Shown: piece after piece, positions 19,142-26,750 of the stretch
How positions within the stretch are numbered: position 1 is the first letter of the stretch
Layout: each line of letters starts with the position of its first letter
Virus record (IMG/VR): IMGVR_UViG_3300045988_163070
Direction: 5' to 3' (one strand)
Length of the DNA: 64,000 nt
Origin: a virus
The notes under the pieces: generated by a model
What the model saw: only the letters and a program-made list of their open reading frames with translations
Database searches by the model: none
Told to the model about the DNA's origin: nothing
Program-made: the position numbers and the translations under genes

Positions 19142-20874
19142 AATTTATCCCTGAATAAGTCCATTGCAAGATTTACCATATTCTCCTCGACCTGATCATC
19201 GGTGCCAGTCACGCCATTTGCTATATTCTTTTTAGTTTGAATGACATCATACATATACTTGTCAATGGTATCTTTACCTAAGAAATAATAACAATTCACA
19301 TTGTTCTTTTGCCCATTTCGGTGTGCCCGGTCCTCTGCCTGTTCGCAATCACTGAAAGTCCAGGGAAATTCAATAAAAGCAACCCGGCTTGAAGCTGTAA
19401 GAGTTAGTCCGGTACCACCCGATTTATAATTCAAGATGATTAATTTACAATCCGGATTATTTTGGAAGGAGTCTACAGCAAATTGCTTCTGACTGATATT
19501 GTCAGAGCCAGTAACGGTAACAGCATTCGGAAACTCCTTCTTCAGCTCTGCAATAACCTCTTTCAGATAGCCAAATACGATAAGCTTCTCACCACCATCT
19601 ATAACATCATGAATGAATTCAGATACAGCCTTAATTTTCCCACGTGCAGATATTTGTTTGAGAAGCCCCATCTTCACCATCACGGCACCATTCATAAACC
19701 GTTGTACCTGTGCATCAGATGCGTTCTTGTATTGTTTAAGATACTTCACTATATCGGACTCTGCAGATTGATATTCCTTCATGTTCGTAATATCAATCTG
19801 CAAGTACTGACGTGTTTTGTCCGGAAGCTGAGTGAGTACTTTAGATTTTTCACGCCTGAAGAAGCAACAGTTCCAAAGTCTCCAGTTCAGTTCTTTTACA
19901 TTAGATGCTTGCTTTGGGCCATCACAGTATCTCTCAACGAAACGACTATACCCTCCGAAATCCTCCAAACGCCCAAGTATTTTGAGCTGTTGTATAAGGT
20001 CTGTATTATTGTTCACAACAGGAGTACCGGTAAGTGCAAGTAGAAATCTTTTCCCTTTGCAAATACCCTCTACAAATTTCCCTTGCTGGGTTTTGCCGGA
20101 TTTGCATTTATGGGATTCATCAATTATGACAGACTTGAACAGATTAACACGTTCATCGAACAGAATACCCTTCATCGTCAATTTACCACCTTCACTCACA
20201 CGCTTTACAAAGAACTTCTTAAGTGATTCGTAATTAGTAATAAACACCTCACACAAAGGGCTTCCATCAGCCTTCTTGCAATCATAAAAAGAATGCCAGG
20301 TCTGCCGGTTACTGTCATCAAGTATAATAGCACTAAGCCCGGCAAATTTCTTGAATTCACGCTGCCAATTCACTTTCAGAGCAGCCGGGCAAACAACTAA
20401 CGTAGGAAATGATTCACCATAGATTACAGCTTCCCGGTGCGCTTTGACAACAGTGCAAATTGCCTGTAATGTCTTGCCTAATCCCGGTTGATCACCGAGT
20501 ATACACCGTTTTTTTTCTACGGCGTACTGTACGCCCTCCAACTGATATTGATATGGTTGCAGCAACATGTAATGTTCTCCCACAAAAGGCTTCATGTCCG
20601 GTAAATCATAATTTATGTCTTCCGTGACCTCCCTCTGCTTAACAACAGAGCAGAATTGCATGTGTACGGCCCACTGGGCAAATCTTCCCACATACCAGGC
20701 GGCATCTTTCCCGAATGGATAACGTGAATCATTAATACTAACAAGCCACGCCCGGTCAGTACCGTCGTAGCGTGGCTTGCTTGGTATCGTTTTTATGACC
20801 TCAACCAATTTAGGATGATACTCGAACTGAATCCGGTATAGATTAGGGGTTTTAGTCACATAGATAGGTTTCAT
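19138..20874 (-). CDS. SNF2-family DNA helicase/translocase
   Basis: 578 aa. Motifs DQPGLGKTLQAI (I), IIDESHKCK (II), LTGTPVVNN (III), AEDRAHRNGQK (VI). Confidence 0.9.
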   Translation of the reverse strand: MKPIYVTKTPNLYRIQFEYHPKLVEVIKTIPSKPRYDGTDRAWLVSINDSRYPFGKDAAWYVGRFAQWAVHMQFCSVVKQREVTEDINYDLPDMKPFVGEHYMLLQPYQYQLEGVQYAVEKKRCILGDQPGLGKTLQAICTVVKAHREAVIYGESFPTLVVCPAALKVNWQREFKKFAGLSAIILDDSNRQTWHSFYDCKKADGSPLCEVFITNYESLKKFFVKRVSEGGKLTMKGILFDERVNLFKSVIIDESHKCKSGKTQQGKFVEGICKGKRFLLALTGTPVVNNNTDLIQQLKILGRLEDFGGYSRFVERYCDGPKQASNVKELNWRLWNCCFFRREKSKVLTQLPDKTRQYLQIDITNMKEYQSAESDIVKYLKQYKNASDAQVQRFMNGAVMVKMGLLKQISARGKIKAVSEFIHDVIDGGEKLIVFGYLKEVIAELKKEFPNAVTVTGSDNISQKQFAVDSFQNNPDCKLIILNYKSGGTGLTLTASSRVAFIEFPWTFSDCEQAEDRAHRNGQKNNVNCYYFLGKDTIDKYMYDVIQTKKNIANGVTGTDDQVEENMVNLAMDLFRDKL

Positions 20875-21467
20875 GAAGCAGGTTCTAATACAAATTCTTC
20901 GTGTTCAACAGTAGAGTATTCACCTTCTCCATCCTCTTCTTCGTCCGTTCCATCTGTTTTATCAAAAGGATCCTCACCTTCCTTAAACTCAAACTCTCTC
21001 TGTATCTCAGAGCATTTGTTTTCAGTAACATACAACTCGGCTTCATAGAGGAATTTATGTACAGCATCCCGGAAATCCTCACAGTGTACATATTGCTCGT
21101 TGTCCGGGTCAAATCCAATACCAGGAGAACAAATATTGAGTACTTTATTCGTCATCAACGTTCTCTTTGCAGTCAGCACGCATACTTCAAAAGAAGAATC
21201 ACCGCCAATACTGACACCGGTAACATCAAACTTTTTAAAAAACTCATCTTCAAGACAGGATGCAGGACGTTCCCAGTTTATATAACCGGATTCTTTTTGT
21301 TCCGTAATCTCAACCATAAATGGTATAAGATTCTGAAGCGCATTTTTTAAATCAACATGAACAGGGTTTATGCCTCTAAATACAATGTCATTGCCTTCCA
21401 AATCGGCATAAGAGACCTCTAAACAACCCTTCTTGGTCATTTTAGCTTTTGAAATCCTTAAACTCAT
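20871..21467 (-). CDS. hypothetical protein with acidic C-terminus
   Basis: 198-aa ORF. C-terminal DGTDEEEDGEGE tail. Confidence 0.55.
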   Translation of the reverse strand: MSLRISKAKMTKKGCLEVSYADLEGNDIVFRGINPVHVDLKNALQNLIPFMVEITEQKESGYINWERPASCLEDEFFKKFDVTGVSIGGDSSFEVCVLTAKRTLMTNKVLNICSPGIGFDPDNEQYVHCEDFRDAVHKFLYEAELYVTENKCSEIQREFEFKEGEDPFDKTDGTDEEEDGEGEYSTVEHEEFVLEPAS

Positions 21468-21492
21468 TATTCAATAAATTAAATAGTTATAC

Positions 21493-21912
21493 TTACCTAT
21501 GTTGATACTCACTGATAAACTCGTGATAATATTTATCAGCAGGTAATGGTAGGTTTATTCCGAATTCAGCAGCAGCATCAGCCTGAACCTTATCCATGAA
21601 ATTTTTCATCTGGATCGTATTAAGTTTCGATGTACTGCCTACGACAGATATGGCATGGCCACTCACACAGATTTGGCGGGTAAGGAACTTCCTGCAGTAG
21701 AAATCATGTATATCTAACTTGTCTGTACCGGTTTCCTTCTCGATGCAAGAAAACCACAACCACATCAATGCATTTTGTGACAGTGTCCTCGGCTCAACTT
21801 TTCTCTTTATACTAATAGTATAAATACCATTTTTAAGCGTAGAACAGAGATAGTCAAACGATTTATCCATAGTGACTACCCCGTCTCTTTTTGTTAGAAT
21901 AGCATCTGCCAT
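21493..21912 (-). CDS. ninB: NinB/Orf-family recombination mediator
   Basis: 139 aa. RTLSQNALMWLWF and VVGSTSKLNTIQMKNFMDKVQ parallel lambda Orf RSLDQNRKLW and GQSTSRMRVGEFAELLE. Confidence 0.6.
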   Translation of the reverse strand: MADAILTKRDGVVTMDKSFDYLCSTLKNGIYTISIKRKVEPRTLSQNALMWLWFSCIEKETGTDKLDIHDFYCRKFLTRQICVSGHAISVVGSTSKLNTIQMKNFMDKVQADAAAEFGINLPLPADKYYHEFISEYQHR

Positions 21913-21915
21913 AAT

Positions 21916-22389
21916 TTAAAAAGGAAGATCAGGTAAAGGTACTGAATCTTGCTGATACGAAGAAGACTGGTATGTAGGCTTTGGAGCAGGAGACTGGTAA
22001 CTCGATGTGGGCTGTTGCACAGGAGCGGGAATCGGAGCAGGAGCAGCCGGCTGTTGAAGCTTTGGAGTGAGCATTTCCATATAATCGACAAAAACCTCTG
22101 CAATATAATACTTTACTCCATTTTTATCATAACTACGTGTTCGCAATTTCCCTTCCAGGTATAACTTGTCTCCTTTATGTATATACCTTTCCGCAAGCTC
22201 AGCGGTTTTATTCCACATTATTACATTATGCCATTCGGTACGCTCAGGAACCTGAGTTCCGTTTGCAAGTGTATAGCCTTTATCAGTAGTGGCAAAAGTA
22301 AACGAGGCAACTTTAGCCCCCCCGTCTAACGCTCTTACATCGGGATCTTTGCCAACTCGCCCGATTAACATGATTTTATTCAAACTCAT
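21916..22389 (-). CDS. ssb: single-stranded DNA-binding protein
   Basis: 157 aa. N-terminal OB fold LNKIMLIGRVGKDPDVR. P/Q-rich linker. Acidic C-terminal tip DLPF. Confidence 0.9.
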   Translation of the reverse strand: MSLNKIMLIGRVGKDPDVRALDGGAKVASFTFATTDKGYTLANGTQVPERTEWHNVIMWNKTAELAERYIHKGDKLYLEGKLRTRSYDKNGVKYYIAEVFVDYMEMLTPKLQQPAAPAPIPAPVQQPTSSYQSPAPKPTYQSSSYQQDSVPLPDLPF

Positions 22390-23294
22390 TTGTCTTCCTC
22401 CCTTATGGTTACGCGAATACTATCCGCCTTGGTTGTGGACTTTACATATTTAGAATAAAGTTCCGGATGCTCCTCTTGAAATTTCTTTGAATCGAAACTC
22501 TTACTCTGTGAAGATGGAGTGTAACTAACACGCAATCTTCCGGCATCCCAAGATTTGACGCCATTCTCTCTCATAGCCGTTTTCAACTTCTCCTTATACC
22601 CTTTCTGAATTTCGGATAGACTGGAAAGCTCTTCCTCAATTCCGACTATGGTATTTACAAGCTGCATTGGGATCAGTAATTTATCATCAGCAGGAACAAG
22701 AGCATTAGATTGGTATTGTTCACCTTTTATTTCGCACTCAAGTAACTTCTTGACTTCAGAATCGGGTTTACGCTCAATCTCAACCAACTCGGATTTATCA
22801 CCTCGCAGCCAAATACCAAACAGCTTATCAACTTTTATTAGCGGATTCTGAAGTTCAAATAAATAAGCATAGATTGACAACTGCCAGCTCAGGTATTCTA
22901 AATCCAAATTAGCAGTAGTTTTGATATCTCCAAGAGAAATTCGTTCATCCTTTTCCCATACACAATCTATATTCGATGCAAAATGCTCATTGTCTGAAAC
23001 AGTGTACTCGTTGGCAAATGCTTTATAACCGGCATTCGTTCGCTCTTTCAAATAGTTTTCAGCCTCAATACTCTCAGGTGTGAATCCTGTAGAATCGACA
23101 AACTGGCATTGTGCATGAATACGACTACCTTTTTCGGCAGCCCTCTTCAATATAAACTCAGGAATATCTTTATATTTATTCGGGAACAGCTGCCGGCTTA
23201 TCATTCCTGTTATTCCCTGCAACAGTTTGTCACCTAAAAGGTACGTGTGGTTCTCTTCATTAAAAACCACAGCAGATTTAACTAATTCTATCAT
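22386..23294 (-). CDS. PD-(D/E)XK (RecB/Cas4-like) recombination exonuclease
   Basis: 302 aa. GSRIH, IDCVW...LGDIKT (D...D-x-K) and WQLSIYAYL (QxxxY) motifs. Confidence 0.65.
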   Translation of the reverse strand: MIELVKSAVVFNEENHTYLLGDKLLQGITGMISRQLFPNKYKDIPEFILKRAAEKGSRIHAQCQFVDSTGFTPESIEAENYLKERTNAGYKAFANEYTVSDNEHFASNIDCVWEKDERISLGDIKTTANLDLEYLSWQLSIYAYLFELQNPLIKVDKLFGIWLRGDKSELVEIERKPDSEVKKLLECEIKGEQYQSNALVPADDKLLIPMQLVNTIVGIEEELSSLSEIQKGYKEKLKTAMRENGVKSWDAGRLRVSYTPSSQSKSFDSKKFQEEHPELYSKYVKSTTKADSIRVTIREEDK

Positions 23295-23300
23295 TGCTTC

Positions 23301-24092
23301 TCATTGTTTGGGTGGGTAAGATCTTCCCATCTCCATTGTTATATTTCTAAACTCGTTATTATTTTGCATGGCCGGGTGTTTAGCCCAAACTCTTTCAAGT
23401 TCTTCCCTGCTTTTTACAGAGGTCATTTCATAAATTGCCCTATCCAGGTCAGCACCAGTGAAAACAGTACCCGAACCTTTGGTTTCAGTTTTTGTATTGG
23501 GTCTCTCATCTACTTTTTCTTTCGTCTGACCGAAAGTATAACGCACACGTCCTTTGTCATCTGAAATAGCAATACCGGTTATTTCTTTTTGCTGATTGTA
23601 AACAATCTCCTTTACTTTAAGCTTAGTATATAAACCATAAGAGCCCGATTTACTTGAATATATCTCGCTTTTGTCCAGTTTAATCCAAATGAAAGGCCCA
23701 GTATAAAGTTCCCGACCTATACCCCAATTGAACCCCGCACGCTTAAAAGCGTCTGAAGCCTGACCTTTCTCTTTTTCCGTATTGGACTCAGTACCTACAT
23801 CCTGCTTTGAGACCCACTCTTTTTTATCATTATCCCAAATGGATAGCGTACAGAACAAATTGCCATTTACGACATCGTGGGTACGTTTCCAATTCATAGG
23901 ACCGAATACCTCATCAAGCAATCGCATGTCCACCCTCGCATCTTTGTAAAGCAACAGAGAGCAACCGGAGCCATCACTCTTCATACTTCCAACTCTGCAT
24001 TCAATCTCAGATGCCAAAAGAGGTCTAATAGAATTGAGTTTGTTTTCTACAGATTGCTGAACTACTGGTTCAACTTTTTTACTTGCAGCCAT
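23301..24092 (-). CDS. Rad52/Sak-like single-strand annealing protein
   Basis: 263 aa. FGPMNWKRTHD ... KGQASDAFKRAGFNWGIGRELY is typical of Rad52-family phage annealases. Confidence 0.65.
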   Translation of the reverse strand: MAASKKVEPVVQQSVENKLNSIRPLLASEIECRVGSMKSDGSGCSLLLYKDARVDMRLLDEVFGPMNWKRTHDVVNGNLFCTLSIWDNDKKEWVSKQDVGTESNTEKEKGQASDAFKRAGFNWGIGRELYTGPFIWIKLDKSEIYSSKSGSYGLYTKLKVKEIVYNQQKEITGIAISDDKGRVRYTFGQTKEKVDERPNTKTETKGSGTVFTGADLDRAIYEMTSVKSREELERVWAKHPAMQNNNEFRNITMEMGRSYPPKQ

Positions 24093-24105
24093 AATTCTTT
24101 TTGTT

Positions 24106-24196
24106 ATTGGTTTGACTTTTAGTTTATTACATCAGTAAAGTTATCGTTAAATGACGAAGTTAGCAAACGGAAACTTCGCCATTTTAGCGCCATTTT
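24106..24196 (-). promoter_or_regulatory. conserved ~91-bp intergenic repeat, copy B
   Basis: See copy A at 16715. It fills the whole gap between the stop at 24196 and the annealase start at 24092. Confidence 0.5.
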
Positions 24197-24645
24197 TATA
24201 ATGGGTAATATGGAGTTCTTGGTTCTCTCCCATTACTCAAGTCAAGTGTGCGATAGTCGTTCAGAAGCTGCTTACTGAAATTAATTACACGTAAGCATGT
24301 GATTTCTGAAAACATCCCAATATGGGTATAATCAGAAGGTAGATCAAGCATTCTTGAAAGCCATGCGTAAGCTTCAGTTTTTTTCATGTAACCAAGCTCC
24401 CAAATCTTATCGAAATACTCGTGAGCTTGATGCTTCATTTTACGAAGTGGCCTTCGTGCAACTCTTCCTAATGCTCTATTAGTACCCTTGTGAACTCCTA
24501 CATATGCATCACATCCAGAACACAAATAGATCATTCCGTATGACCTTCGATAAACAACAGAACTATCGACAAACTCTGTTGGATTACCGCAATATGGACA
24601 TATCTTCCCAGCGATAATTAGTTTTTGTCTTTCGGTTAATTCCAT
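24196..24645 (-). CDS. zinc-ribbon protein (DUF3268-like)
   Basis: 149 aa. CPYCGNP ... CSGCDAYVGVHKGT ... LRKMKHQAHEYFD matches my memory of DUF3268. Confidence 0.45.
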   Translation of the reverse strand: MELTERQKLIIAGKICPYCGNPTEFVDSSVVYRRSYGMIYLCSGCDAYVGVHKGTNRALGRVARRPLRKMKHQAHEYFDKIWELGYMKKTEAYAWLSRMLDLPSDYTHIGMFSEITCLRVINFSKQLLNDYRTLDLSNGREPRTPYYPL

Positions 24646-24661
24646 AATAATACATTAATTG

Positions 24662-24744
24662 TGGACGGTAGAGGAATCGAACCCCTCCCACTCGTTTTGA
24701 ATTGGTTGCGCAACACGAAGCTCTAACCGATAAGCTAACCGTCC
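24662..24744 (-). tRNA. tRNA-like gene with a 17-nt anticodon loop (identity undetermined)
   Basis: Perfect 7-bp acceptor GGACGGT/ACCGTCC. D-arm GCTT-ATCGGTTA-GAGC. T-arm AGGGG-TTCGATT-CCTCT. 5-nt variable loop. Anticodon stem TCGTG/AACGA encloses TTGCGCAACCAATTCAA. Confidence 0.6.
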
Positions 24745-24837
24745 GAGGAAAGATATACTATCCTCACGAACCGTACACCTTGAATTAAAACACAAATACA
24801 AAACTACATGATACTATTAATCACCTTCATGGGTTTG

Positions 24838-25000
24838 CGAAGTAGAAAGGAGTCGAACCTCTAAACTTTGCAACAGGATTTTTCGTTTCAGTGTCTGATT
24901 GTGCATATGTGGGGATTTAATAGTTTGATTTTCCCACTCGTGATGCTATTCGTGCATTGTCACCACTGAAACTAAGCGTCTACCATTCCGCCACTACTTC
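24838..25000 (-). ncRNA. 163-nt tRNA-like RNA: class-II (Leu-like) tRNA body with a ~70-nt insert capping an extended anticodon helix
   Basis: Acceptor GAAGTAG/CTACTTC. D-arm GCG-GAATGGTAGA-CGC. T-arm AGAGG-TTCGACT-CCTTT. 12-position helix TTAGTTTCAGTG/CACTGAAACGAA with one A.G mismatch. Confidence 0.5.
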
Positions 25001-25086
25001 ATTTCGTTGCCAGCCGCTGCTGGCAACTTTGATTGATTTGATTAAAATATTAACCTTTGATTGATTTCACCCTCACGGGCTACTTG

Positions 25087-25218
25087 TGCCAAGAGACGGA
25101 TTCGAACCGCCGACCTCTGCTTGTGGTGCTCTCCCGTTGAGCTAAGAGTATTTCTTGAGAGACTCGAACTCCCAACCTTCCACCACACACAGCGCTCTAT
25201 CCACTGAGCTATCCAAGC
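25087..25218 (-). ncRNA. 132-nt double tRNA-like RNA (outer tRNA frame plus nested permuted T-arm/D-arm module)
   Basis: Outer: GCTTGGA...TCTTGGC acceptor (4 WC, 2 GU, 1 mismatch), D-arm GCTC-AGTGGATA-GAGC, T-arm GGCGG-TTCGAAT-CCGTC. An 11-12 bp helix replaces the anticodon arm. Inner: GGGAG-TTCGAGT-CTCTC and GCTC-AACGGGA-GAGC. Confidence 0.5.
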
Positions 25219-25284
25219 AAATGCCCGGATTTTTATTCCGGGCTAATCTAATCACAAACGTTAAAATCATCCTCACGGACTTTC

Positions 25285-25338
25285 GTGCAAGTCCCGGCAT
25301 CGAACCGAGAAGAAAGCCACTTTCCAGAAAACTAACAC
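25285..25338 (-). ncRNA. possible 54-nt mini tRNA-like element (acceptor-like helix plus T-arm)
   Basis: GTGTTAGT/ACTTGCAC helix (one T.T, one G.U). Hairpin GAAAG-TGG-CTTTC. T-arm CTCGG-TTCGATG-CCGGG. This is the weakest member of the cluster. Confidence 0.25.
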
Positions 25339-25407
25339 CTAAACAAAAACTATATGGCAAACGACCTATTATAAAACTGGAAAGCCCTTATCTTGCATCC
25401 TTGAATA

Positions 25408-25593
25408 CTATTCCTTTTTAGAAATTTTCTCCTCGTATACACCTCGGAACACATACATAAGAAATACCATTATAATAATGATCACAGAAGCTGTATACTC
25501 TTTATAACTGGCATTTATGCCATCCCCTAACCAAATTGCCGCCCAAATGCCAACAATAGAAACTACATTTTGAGAAATTCTTAATGCTTTCAT
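25408..25593 (-). CDS. small membrane protein
   Basis: 61 aa with two hydrophobic helices (VVSIVGIWAAIWL, SVIIIIMVFLMYVF). Confidence 0.45.
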   Translation of the reverse strand: MKALRISQNVVSIVGIWAAIWLGDGINASYKEYTASVIIIIMVFLMYVFRGVYEEKISKKE

Positions 25594-25904
25594 CTCTTAG
25601 ATTTTTTGCTACGTTTACTTTTCTTGTTTGAGCACTTGCAATGCAGCAACACCTGAGCTGCATTGCAACGCCACTTCCCATTTTGTTTATTGACAGGTTT
25701 ATCGCTATCAATTTTACCTGCCTCAATAAGACTGATCAACTTCTTTTCACCCCCTACTATATATGCTGATTTATCTTTTCCAAATGCCTCTGATGACATT
25801 ATACGGAGTATATTATCAAGCAAAATCATAGCCATTCCAGGTGTGATAATATATCCGCGAAGAATGGATATATTATCGCTTTCTTGTAACAGTGACGATC
25901 CCAT
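25590..25904 (-). CDS. hypothetical protein with basic C-terminus
   Basis: 104-aa ORF overlapping both neighbours. KKSKRSKKSKR tail. Confidence 0.4.
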   Translation of the reverse strand: MGSSLLQESDNISILRGYIITPGMAMILLDNILRIMSSEAFGKDKSAYIVGGEKKLISLIEAGKIDSDKPVNKQNGKWRCNAAQVLLHCKCSNKKSKRSKKSKR

Positions 25905-26070
25905 TATTTTGATCTGATTTAATTCCCCACTTTTTGTCCGGCTCTTTATCCTTCAATCTATATGATATCAGATTGAGTATGTAGGCACGGCTGGAAATAG
26001 GGAAAATTACTTCTGCATCTTTCTCCATTTCACGGATGATGCACATAATACTTTTCTTTTTTTCTTCCAT
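25873..26070 (-). CDS. small hypothetical protein
   Basis: 65-aa ORF. First gene of a 3-ORF overlapping string. Confidence 0.35.
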   Translation of the reverse strand: MEEKKKSIMCIIREMEKDAEVIFPISSRAYILNLISYRLKDKEPDKKWGIKSDQNNGIVTVTRKR

Positions 26071-26180
26071 ATTGATTATTAATTGATTAATAGTTTCCTC
26101 CGATTCAAGACTATTCGCTAATGACCAAGAACCGGAGGATTTTCTTATTTTTGAAGTGTCTAATTAAAAAAATAAGAAAT

Positions 26181-26578
26181 ATGAATAATGAAGAAAAAGT
26201 AGTTTCAAACTACAAAGAAACTTTAGAGAAAAAATTGAATGGACTTTCAGACTCCAAAGTAATCTACTGACAATTGCATCCGCTACTTTCGCTGTACTGG
26301 TTTCTTTAAGCAATCTTTCAACAAACAACGATTGCAGTCGAATTTTACTATTGGTGGTAGTATGTTCAAACGCACTATCCATCCTTTTTTCGTGTATAAC
26401 CATATACGAGAATCGAGCAATGAGCAACGTGATGATACGCAACGCTCAAAAACAGGTAGAAGAATATATCCTCTATAGCTTATACAATTCCAAAATGACC
26501 GCAACGCCAGCCGTACCACGCAAGAAGTTCTTCGTAGCTTGTGAATCAATTTCTTACATTTCATTTTTACACCTTTGA
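26181..26578 (+). pseudogene. membrane-protein gene split by a frameshift at an A6 run (or slippage-dependent)
   Basis: ATG at 26181 (MNNEEKVVSNYKETLEKK) stops at 26270. The -1 frame is open from 26192 to 26578 and encodes two TM-like segments (LLTIASATFAVLVSL, ILLLVVVCSNALSILFSCITIY). The frames meet at AAAAAA 26229-26234. Confidence 0.35.
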
Positions 26579-26750
26579 TTTATATTTATTCTATTTTACA
26601 CTAAAAAAAATCAGATTCAATATTTTCCAAAACGATTGCACTTAGTTGTTTCATCCAATTTCAATTGCTGCCGACGGAACTTATTTATCGCCCATTTCTC
26701 AGTTTTTTAGAACGACAATATTTTTTGCCAATTGGACAGTAGTAGTAATG

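Noticed and set aside
25142-25421. ORFs of 72 aa (minus strand) and 88 aa (plus strand) over the tRNA-like cluster.
   Set aside because: They overlap sequences with clear T-arm, D-arm and acceptor structure and GC-rich hairpins. The RNA-gene interpretation explains the sequence better.
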